Shown: positions 1 to 6,608 of the stretch, piece after piece
How the letters are laid out: every line of letters begins with the position of its first letter
Position numbering within the stretch: the stretch's first letter is position 1
Assembly: GCF_006345805.1 (NCBI RefSeq)
Contig: NW_021829282.1
Coordinates: 1 to 6,608 of the forward strand
Direction: 5' to 3'
Source of the DNA: Octopus sinensis
Lineage: Eukaryota
Length of the DNA stretch: 6,608 nucleotides
Position numbers and translations under genes: made by a program
The notes under the pieces: generated by a model
The model's database searches: none
What the model was told of the DNA's origin: nothing
The model's input: the letters and a program-made list of their open reading frames with translations, nothing else

Positions 1-97
1 CAGTAAAATATTGAATGATGTTGGCTTCATGCTTAAGAAAAAAAATTTACAAAAATATAAAAATATATATATATATCGTATTTTATCAAATATTCCA

Positions 98-534
98 CAC
101 TAACCTAGTCCATGAGGCGGATTGGTGCCCGGTTGGAGCCATATCTGTTCATTTATTGTCATTCACTGCCCTTGAGAAAGACTCTAACTCTCTTCTTCTC
201 CTCATGTTGTTCTGAAATGGTGCGTCAACGTTGAGAAACAGGAGAAATATAATCAATGTTGCGAGGCTGCCTGCAAGCATGCGAAAAAAATGCATGGAAC
301 TACAGATGTATTTCTAATTTTAGAATGTGTATCAAGCTTAATTATGTCCGATTTCCAGCGTGTCTAGTATAATAATATCAGGGTACCCATTTGACTGAGT
401 TGGTAGAATACTCTTGGACGAAATACCTTACATTTCTGACCATTCACTATTCGAATTTCACAATTTTGGAGATCAGACTTCACATTCACTCTGATGAGCA
501 GAAACGTGAAATTCGATTTATCAGATGTGAGGAA
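98..534 (-). mobile_element. Decayed RTE-clade LINE ORF2, C-terminal part (post-RT region to CCHH-type tail)
   Basis: One minus frame from 534 reads FLTSDKSNFTFLLIRVNVKSDLQNCEIR...RPRVFYQLSQMG...*TRWKSDIIKLD (one stop, 366-364). This resembles the RTE pattern WxDKxxNxEVLxRA...QLRW...LPKxxFYGxLxxG...RWKDxxKxD. Further on are PFQNNMRRRRE (~220-190, cf. FExxR...KR..RK) and tcc gcc tca tgg act agg tta gtg (121-98), which is four substitutions from codons for CASRIGLV of the RTE C-terminal zinc knuckle. Motif match by eye only. Confidence 0.55.
478..532 (+). ncRNA. Candidate type I hammerhead ribozyme-like fold
   Basis: Core CTGATGA 491-497; weak stem II G498.T507/C499-G506 with GAAA loop; GAAA 508-511; stem III A511-T521/T512-A520; ATC triplet 520-522; stem I 478-485+489-490 paired with 523-532 with a 3-nt bulge. 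It overlaps RTE-derived sequence on the other strand, so it may be chance. Confidence 0.3.
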
Positions 535-774
535 CAGGTGCTACAATCATAAATAATACTTCCTCCCTATCTCTCTTCCTCTTTCGTTTGCTCGCTCACT
601 CACTCCTTTTCTCTCTCTTGCATTGAGTACTGTTCCACTCGTCTTGTCTGTAGATTATATATGCATAAATAAACGCGTACACGCGTGCGCATATGAAAAT
701 CCATACACATCCACACACACAAAGCAAACTTAATGGGACAGTGAGGGAAAATGGCACTTAATGCATGAGCTTAG

Positions 775-776
775 AT

Positions 777-844
<68 letters not shown>

Positions 845-897
845 CATATATATATACACATATACATATATATATAAATATATATACATATATATAC

Positions 898-950
<53 letters not shown>

Positions 951-1058
951 TGTACATATATATATATACATATATATACATATCTATATATACATATATA
1001 AATATACATACATATATATATATGTATATATATATATGTATGTATGTATGTATATATA
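775..1058. repeat. Compound (AT)n microsatellite
   Basis: Perfect (AT)32 at 779-842, then AT repeats interrupted by AC/ATAC/GTAT units to ~1058. Confidence 0.97.
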
Positions 1059-1225
1059 GTAGGAATTTAGAAAAACAAATGACGAAGACAGATGTGTAAA
1101 CAACAAACAGGTGTATTAGTTAACGCTCGGGAAGGTGAGAAAGTCTTTTACGTTTCGAGCCTATGCTCTTCAACAGAAAGGAACACGAGAAAATAAACAG
1201 AGAGAATAAAAAAAGAAAGCTTTAG
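1059..1225 (-). mobile_element. Probable Penelope-like element (PLE) terminal-repeat fragment
   Basis: Carries a minimal hammerhead-like motif (...GAAGAGC ATAG GCTCGAAACGTA...) of the kind found in PLE pseudo-LTRs, and resembles an abundant octopus repeat as I recall it. No RT or GIY-YIG coding sequence is visible; boundaries are approximate. Confidence 0.5.
1145..1180 (-). ncRNA. Minimal (dimer-type) type I hammerhead ribozyme motif, variant core
   Basis: Minus strand reads CTTT CTGTTGA A GAGC-ATAG-GCTC GAA ACGT A AAAG: stem I CTTT/AAAG, core CTGTTGA (A6->U), perfect 4-bp stem II, GAAA, palindromic ACGT in place of stem III, predicted cleavage after GTA (1149). Confidence 0.5.
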
Positions 1226-1276
1226 CAACTACCGGTCAATCATGGGGAAGGCCGGACAGAGATGGTCAGACAGCCC

Positions 1277-1428
1277 TGGCTGTGTGGTAAGAAGTTTACT
1301 TCCCAACCACATGGTTCCAAGTTCAATCCTACTGCGTGGTACCTTGAGCGAGTGTTTTCTATTACAGCTTCGGTTCGACCAAAGCCTCATGAGTAGATTT
1401 GGTTGACGGAAACTGAAAGACGCTTGTC

Positions 1429-1460
<32 letters not shown>

Positions 1461-1520
1461 GTATATACAGTTAGATAGATAGATAGACAGACAGACATAC
1501 AGACAGACCGACAGACAGAC

Positions 1521-1580
<60 letters not shown>

Positions 1581-1810
1581 GTGTATATGTATTTTTGTGC
1601 CTGTTTTGTTCTCCACTATTGCTTGACCACCGGTGTGGGTTTGTTTACATCCCTGTAATATAGCGTTTGGACAAAATAGATCGATAAAATACCAGAATTA
1701 AGAAAGAAGGACTAGGGTCGCTTCGTTCAACTAAAGATTTTTCAAGGTGGTGCCCCAGCATGGCAGCAATCAAATGACTGAAACAAGTAAAAGTTAAAAA
1801 GATAAAAGAT
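1277..1810 (+). mobile_element. tRNA-derived CORE-type SINE, near full length, with internal microsatellite
   Basis: A-box-like TGGCTGTGTGG 1277-1287; B-box-like GTTCAATCC 1321-1329; CORE-like gtggtaccttgagcgagtg ~1337-1355 (cf. MIR core TGACCTTGGGCAAGT); internal (GT)/(AT)/(AGAT)/(AGAC) tract; 3' module caaggtggtgccccagcatggc...gactgaaacaagtaaaag with a (TAAAAGA)-like tail. Colinear homolog at 5303-5698. Confidence 0.85.
1427..1580. repeat. Compound microsatellite (GT)n-(AT)n-(AGAT/AGAC)n inside the SINE
   Basis: Directly visible tandem repeats. Confidence 0.95.
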
Positions 1811-1976
1811 ATATGCCCAGAAAAATTTCAAAAGTGATTTTAGGCCCAAAATTTCAATGCATGGCACCCATCAAATTTCCGATTTGTGCCATACACGAAA
1901 TTCTCTGCAGATGGGTTTTGTAATTTATGTGCCTTCTAAATATATGTGCATGTGTTTCTGTGCCCCCACCCGATTC

Positions 1977-2017
1977 TCTCCCTCTCTTTTCTCTCTCTCT
2001 CTCTCTCTTTCTCTTTC
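1977..2017. repeat. (CT)n microsatellite
   Basis: Directly visible CT repeat, slightly interrupted. Confidence 0.92.
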
Positions 2018-3290
2018 TATGTATGACACTCCAAGAACAAGATGTTTGTTATCTAGGCGTTTATAGAAAGCATCAACGGTACATTTTTTTATCTGAGAGA
2101 ACAAAAGACGTATATATACTATTATTGGGAAATGTTTTGTTAGCATGAATTCTGGTCTCAAATTTTGGCGCAAGGCCCGAATGCTTGCAACAGAGTAAAC
2201 ATTGCTAAAGGTTAGGTGTCAGCATTAAACTGAATGATGGATTAACTTTAATCCATCTGAACAGAAACAGTTAATTTCCCTGATAGGCTTACACACTGTT
2301 CCTTTCATCAAATTTCTATCTTTTACAATATAACCATCATATCAGTGGGAATTCGTCCAACATACATCTATATTTTGACTTGGTGCAGAGAAACGTAACA
2401 AGCTGTTCAATATTCATACTGGGAAATAAACTTGCATTTTGTCTAAACGCTGTGTCATCATTCTTGAATCATTCTTATTCAGCCTTAGCTTCTCAACATG
2501 TTTTAAGATTATTGAAGCTGGTATCGTTCAGATCCATATAAACCCTGATGCAAGTCGTTTCGTTTATGACCATCTCTTTGTTCGAGTATAATGTATATCT
2601 ACATCGAAGACCACTCAACTACACTGATGTCATCGACTGAGATCCAAAAGATAAATTTGACCAACTACCTAACCTAATATGGGAGCAAAGAGTCTTGGAG
2701 TGGCGTGGCGTGAAGCGTGTCTCTATAATGTCCACTTGAAGAAATATATCTGCGACAGAATTGCCAATGAGTTTTCCAAATTTTCAAAGACTTTAGGACC
2801 TGATTTGATATTTGACTAAGGCTGCGGTGGAGTTATTGCTGTTAGTTTAGTTCTGAACAGACTGTTACTTTTAAACCTTAAGTTATTTGATGTTATGCAA
2901 ACATATCAAAAGACATTCTAACCACGACCATTTCGCCTTTAAGAGTTATGCTCTCCTAAATAATCTAATGTAACCTTAATTAAAGTGGTAGAGTGATTTA
3001 AGAGGCACTGGGCAACTGTTTCTAGTAGATTGGTTGACTACGTGGTGGTTCCTCTCTGGACAGGTATTTTGTAGCAGCATATGTGAAATATTCCGGTACA
3101 GTTCTAAGTTCCCAGTAGAAATTGAAACAGCGCAGTCAGTCCATTCCTTAGGAACAGAAGATATCGGACGTAATGTCACTGTCACCAGAGAATTTGCATG
3201 GCGACATATTCTGACTAGTATGGCTCATCCGCTATATTTTCCGATTTCACAGCCAGGTCAGATGAGATTGATAGCCTTATAGAACATGAG
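2015..3290 (-). mobile_element. Highly decayed RTE-clade LINE reverse-transcriptase region
   Basis: RT-like motifs in the expected order across frameshifts: KAI (3278-3270), GKYSG, VPKEW (3155-3141), YRNIS (3098-3084), LLETVAQCLLNHSTT (3028-2984, cf. LPExQCGFRxxRST), QxS-LAPIL (2697-2675, cf. QGCxLAPTLF), SFNNLKT..EAK, FKNDDTAF (2468-2445, cf. LFADDxAL), ETRIHA (2159-2142), KKMYR...SCSWSVIHR (2090-2020, cf. KVYRA..LLYGCETWTVYRR). Many stops. Confidence 0.55.
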
Positions 3291-3335
3291 CGAATTTTAT
3301 CACTTCTATATCCTCAGCGGATAGAAAGCTAGAAG

Positions 3336-3390
3336 ATGGGGGGAGGGAGAGAGAGAAGGAAAGAAGGAAAGAAAGAGAGAGAGAAAGAGA
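3336..3390. repeat. Purine-rich low-complexity (GA/GAAG) tract
   Basis: gggggagggagagagagaaggaaagaaggaaagaaagagagagagaaagaga. Confidence 0.85.
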
Positions 3391-3439
3391 CTTATAGTTC
3401 AATAGTTCAATACTATGATGAAATGATCTGCTTACCTAT

Positions 3440-3600
3440 TTAAAGTGTCATCGTTTACCGATGGAAGAAGAAGCGATCGATGGGAAGAAAAACTAAGTAA
3501 AAGACTGACATGCCTGCTTCAATAGATGGCTTTGAAGAACATTATGGAAAATTTTCATGCCATCTTTATTCTTTACTTGAAGACACTTCAAAATTTGGTG
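3440..3600 (-). mobile_element. Possible RTE linker region upstream of the RT (same relic)
   Basis: RWHENF..SKPSIE (3565 downward, cf. RWxEHFxxLLNxPSxI) followed by IDR and SVNDDTLN; short, weak motifs in the expected order. Confidence 0.35.
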
Positions 3601-3758
3601 GAGGGGTCCCGGTGATCGTGAGTTATTTGCAGTTCTTCGTGGTCCTTGCATTCTTTTACACAGTTCACTTGGATTAATAATTACATAACGTTTTTCATGT
3701 TAAGATTATATGTATGTACGCATGTGTTCATATATAAATATGCATGTGTATATATATA

Positions 3759-4042
3759 TCACGTGATCACCGTGACCGACTAGTCACAATGCGTTCGCAT
3801 TGTTTTAGCCTTCGAACGACGCCACCCCGCTGGCTAAGCGAGCAGGCCAACAGAAGAAAGTGGGAGAGAAAGTTGTGGCGAAAGAGTACAGCAGGGATCA
3901 CCACCACCCCCTGCCGGAGCCTCGTGGAGCTTTTTAGGTGTTTTCGCTCAATAAACACACACACACCGCCCGGTCTGGGAATCCAAACCGCGATCCTCCG
4001 ACCGCGAGTCCGCTGCCCTAACCACTGGACCATTGCGCCTCC
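3759..4042 (-). mobile_element. tRNA-derived SINE (second family), well preserved
   Basis: Minus strand begins GGAGGCGCAATGGTCCAGTGGTTAGGGCAGCGGACTCGCGGTCGGAGGATCGCGGTTTGGATTCCCAGACCGGGCG; A-box TGGTCCAGTGG (4032-4022), B-box GGTTTGGATTCC (3989-3978). A GC/CpG-rich body in AT-rich DNA ends in ...GGTCACGGTGATCACGTGA followed by (TA)n. Resembles octopus tRNA-related SINEs (family name not asserted). Confidence 0.85.
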
Positions 4043-4045
4043 ACA

Positions 4046-4083
4046 TATAATATAATATAATATAACATTACGTACACACACAA

Positions 4084-4114
<31 letters not shown>

Positions 4115-4122
4115 CACACACA
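4046..4122. repeat. (TATAA)n followed by (CA)n microsatellite
   Basis: Directly visible. Confidence 0.9.
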
Positions 4123-4137
4123 TATGCATTTTTGTTA

Positions 4138-4244
4138 TCCTTTTACAGGTTTAAGTCAATGAATTGTGGTCGTGTAGGGGGCGCCACCTTCAAGGGTTTT
4201 AGTCTATCAGATTTATTTCAGTGCGATACTTATTTTATCGACCT
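4138..4244 (-). mobile_element. 5'-truncated, diverged 3' tail fragment of the CORE-type SINE
   Basis: Minus strand gtcgataaaataag...gactaaaacccttgaaggtggcgcccc...ttgacttaaacctgtaaaagga aligns by eye with 1680-1800 (tcgataaaata...caactaaaga..tcaaggtggtgcccc...atgactgaaacaagtaaaag). Confidence 0.65.
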
Positions 4245-4293
4245 GTATTTTATCGAATAAAATTATGAATTATGATTTTACTCTTGTTGTTCT

Positions 4294-4440
<147 letters not shown>

Positions 4441-4509
4441 CATATTCTTCTTATTTTTAAAAGTATCCAGCAGTGGTGTTCATGAAGTAGAAAATATATT
4501 ATTCCTGAA

Positions 4510-4680
4510 CGAAACTAAACGGAAAAATAAAATATAAACCAAAAATCTATAAAAATATAAAAATTATCAAAAAATATATAAATAAAAGGAAATGATAAAG
4601 AAGAGGACGAAAAAAAATCCAGTAAGAGTGAGAAAGCGAAAATAAAAAAGAACAAGCAAAAATATATCTTTAGAATACAC
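4510..4680. repeat. A-rich low-complexity tract
   Basis: Runs of A punctuated by single T/G/C bases; no periodic unit. Confidence 0.7.
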
Positions 4681-4704
4681 CATAGACGTTCACACAGACC
4701 CATG

Positions 4705-4707
<3 letters not shown>

Positions 4708-4777
<70 letters not shown>

Positions 4778-4785
4778 TATTATAT
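4708..4785. repeat. (AT)n microsatellite
   Basis: Perfect (AT)30 at 4708-4767, then a short degenerate extension. Confidence 0.97.
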
Positions 4786-4929
4786 GCACAACACCCAGCT
4801 TACACAGAAGAAAAAATACAACATACGTAATACGTAAAAAGCAAAATATAAATCAGAAAGAATATCCTGTGTAGATGTTGGTAAGTAAAAGGAAATATTT
4901 CAGAAATATTGATTGAAACAGACGACAGT

Positions 4930-5215
4930 GGAATAGATAGATGGAAGTAATGGATGGTACGGTTTGATAGATGTGGAGATAGGTACTGGATGGTGAAATG
5001 GTATGTGTACTGATGTAGTTAGTCTGACAGCGATTTAAAAAATGGAAAGCTAGATGGTTGGATGGCATGTGTATATGTAGGGTGGAATTGATAGATGCGT
5101 AGATAAATGGATGGTTAGTTGAGGGGAACTTATTGGTTACCCCTGATAGACACGTAGATAATGGCAGGTTGGCTGGTGGAGTAAGATGTGAGATAGACCT
5201 AGTAGATGGGACATG
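4930..5215. repeat. Old degenerate (GATA/GGAT/GGTA)n tetranucleotide tract
   Basis: Recurrent gatag/ggatgg/gtag words in a G/A/T-rich, C-poor stretch. Confidence 0.6.
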
Positions 5216-5254
5216 CTCTGCAATTGTCTAGAGTCGAGGTTGTTTGTCTTCCAG

Positions 5255-5302
5255 ATTTAACTTCTGTAGATGTGCATATAAATATGCTGTCCAATGGAAT
5301 TC
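5255..5302 (-). mobile_element. Extreme 3' coding end of the second RTE relic (left of the SINE)
   Basis: NSIGQHIYMHIYRS* (IGQHIYMH at 5295-5272) continues VCNRT from 5724-5710 once the SINE is removed, resembling CxR..S.IGL.SH.R.H. Confidence 0.4.
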
Positions 5303-5698
5303 GTAGCTGTGTGGGTAAGGAGCTTTTTTCCTAGCCATGTGGTCTTGGACTCACTTCCGCCTGTGCGGCTCCTTGGGCAAGTGTCTTCTACCATAGCTCC
5401 GGGCCGACTAAAGCCCTGCGATCAGATTTGGTAAATGAAAACTGAATGAAGACTATCGTCAAAATACGCATATATGTGTGTGTGTGGCTTTGTTTGTGCT
5501 GTTTTCCCCCACAAATATTTGACGACTGGTGTTGGTGTGTTTACGTCACCGTAAGTTAGCGATTCGGCCTAAGAGACCGACATAGCAAGTACTAGACTTA
5601 AAACTTACGTACTGGGGTTTATTTACTCGAGCTAACCCTCTCATGCGGTGCTCCAGCATGGCAGCAGTCCAGTGACTGGAACAGATAAAAGATAAAAG
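5303..5698 (+). mobile_element. Second copy of the tRNA-derived CORE-type SINE
   Basis: Decayed A-box tagctgtgtggg; CORE-like ccttgggcaagtgtcttct 5371-5389; short internal (TA)/(TG) tract ~5468-5486; 3' module gcggtgctccagcatggcagcagtccagtgactggaacag with (ATAAAAG)2 tail. Colinear with 1277-1810. Confidence 0.85.
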
Positions 5699-5700
5699 AA

Positions 5701-6213
5701 GAAAGATCAGGTCCTGTTGCAGACCATGAAACCAAATGCACTGAGTCGGCATCTTCGGTTTACTTTCTATACTCATTGATATCATTGAAATATTTGGTTT
5801 CGATCTGTCGAAGTTCTAGCCTGCATCGTAGAAGACCCATTTTCGTTTACATCGGTTATTTGCCAACGATTCAAATCCATCCATAATGATTCAAATCTCT
5901 TTTCTGTACGTCTTTGACCAGCTTCCTTTGTCGTCACTGTGCCCACTTACCTTTGTCCTACTGCATATAAAACAACCGTTCGGGCAACTGGAGGTCCCAC
6001 ATTCGCATGCCTTGAACAGCCGAACGAAGCTCCTGTCGTCTAATCTTGTTTACTTCAGGAAGATAATGGATGGCTTACTTCAGTACATTGACATCCCAGC
6101 GAAATTTTTAACATTAAATGTTTCAGACTCGTATGTAAAAGTGGGTATAACAACGATCACGTATAACGTCCCATCTCTTGCCCATACATATATGGCAAAA
6201 TGACTCGCATTAA
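5701..6213 (-). mobile_element. Decayed RTE-clade LINE ORF2, C-terminal region (second relic)
   Basis: RVILPYMYGQE-W-TLY (6207-6155, cf. VLPTLLYGSETWTLY), RRQELRSAVQGMRM (6041-6000, cf. RxxQLRWAGHVMRM), LPERLFY (5987-5967), KGK..RQRKLVKDVQKRDL (5933-5892), DLNRWQ, VCNRT (5724-5710). Correct order and spacing, with stops and frameshifts. Confidence 0.75.
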
Positions 6214-6596
6214 TTTTATATATAAAAGTGAAGTTGTGTGTCTGTCTCCTACGATTTAGATTCCTAACTACTCCCACATTTTGCGGTGCAGTGTAACCAA
6301 AAGCGGGTATCTTATAGTCGTGATTCATATCGAGCCCTTCTGGGTATTAGCGCGAGTCTACGATTAAAAAAAAAATTTACCATAATTTTTTCCCATTTTT
6401 AATGCATTTTTTTGCTATTATATAAGGGAAGTAACTCTCTAAAAATGTATTATTAAATCTCAGAACTTAAAAAGCTACAGTAACACCCCCCTTTGTGGTT
6501 TGCCATATTGAGATGGCTATTATACTTTACATCTCTAAAAATGCTTATATAGTTATTTCCCTTACAAACCCGAGCAACGCCGAGCGATACTGCTAG
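6214..6596 (+). mobile_element. Non-autonomous Helitron-like element
   Basis: 3' end has an imperfect GC hairpin cccgagc-aac-gccgag (6569-6584) then CTAG (6593-6596) and a flanking T. The 5' end ttttatatataaaagtgaagttgtgtgtctgtc follows an A (canonical TC start decayed to TT). No TSD, and the flanks rejoin as RTE sequence. Confidence 0.75.
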
Positions 6597-6608
6597 TTTC
6601 ATTTATTT

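Noticed and set aside
149-270. Apparent minus-strand terminal exon (good ttttttcgcatgcttgcag acceptor; SLATLIIFLLFLNVDAPFQNNMRRRRELESFSRAVNDNK*)
   Set aside because: It lies inside the RTE C-terminal relic, between the RWKSD and CASRIGL-like motifs, and no compatible upstream exon is in the window. RNA-seq junction reads at 270/271 would revive it.
730-1021. ORF-track entries rich in IY/YI, IL or CV repeats (also 1229-1616, 1857-2173, 3767-4129, 4272-4460, 4515-4778)
   Set aside because: Translations of microsatellites and SINE bodies, which lack stop codons by composition.
1210-1276. Minus-strand DHL...MIDR*LLK resembling RTE GHVxRMxDxRLPK
   Set aside because: Too short, and it would duplicate the better-supported segment at ~480-390.
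2545-2561. CTGATG followed by GTTTCG, superficially hammerhead-like
   Set aside because: The core lacks A9 and the GAAA is on the opposite strand; wrong topology.
2976-3282. 69-aa and 82-aa overlapping ORFs
   Set aside because: Residual open frames of the decayed RT and its antisense strand, with no independent gene features.
3504-3677. Plus-strand DGFEEHY...SKFGGGVPV resembling the Tc1/Tc3 transposase FGGG motif
   Set aside because: No preceding FSDE motif, no TIRs and off spacing; the minus strand fits an RTE linker better.
3965-4042. tRNA-like sequence (also 1277-1330)
   Set aside because: No closed acceptor stem or full cloverleaf, and it continues into a SINE body; these are SINE heads, not tRNA genes.
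4231-4256. 11-bp direct repeat tattttatcga x2
   Set aside because: Does not bracket an element as a TSD; probably a local slippage duplication at the SINE fragment edge.
4856-4886. Strong plus-strand donor TTG|GTAAGT with a possible 24-nt exon
   Set aside because: The upstream AG has a purine-rich context with no polypyrimidine tract; isolated donor motifs occur by chance.
5945-6040. Strong minus-strand donor AAG|GTAAGT at 5950 with an upstream Cys-rich frame (ACECGTSSCPNGCFIC)
   Set aside because: The same bases read as RTE ORF2 in another frame that continues across the donor, and no good acceptor exists.
5886-6203. 105-aa plus-strand ORF
   Set aside because: Antisense to the RTE relic, with no recognisable domain.

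Overview
AT-rich eukaryotic non-coding DNA with no credible protein-coding gene; the ORF-track entries come from microsatellites, SINEs or decayed retrotransposons. The SINE families look like those I recall as abundant in Octopus genomes (recall, not a search). The window reads as nested mobile-element debris. (i) Two heavily decayed minus-strand RTE-clade LINE ORF2 relics: one colinear but fragmented across ~98-3600, the other at ~5255-6213 and running off the right edge. (ii) Two plus-strand tRNA-derived CORE-type SINEs with an internal microsatellite (1277-1810, 5303-5698) and a minus-strand tail fragment (4138-4244). (iii) A well-preserved minus-strand tRNA-derived SINE of another family (3759-4042). 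(iv) A ~380 bp non-autonomous Helitron-like element (6214-6596) inserted at an A|T site in the second RTE. (v) Many microsatellites. The most interesting signals are two hammerhead-ribozyme-like motifs: a minimal Penelope-type one at 1145-1180 (-) and a type I-like fold at 478-532 (+) lying antisense within RTE-derived sequence. I see no strong evidence for a wholly new biological system.
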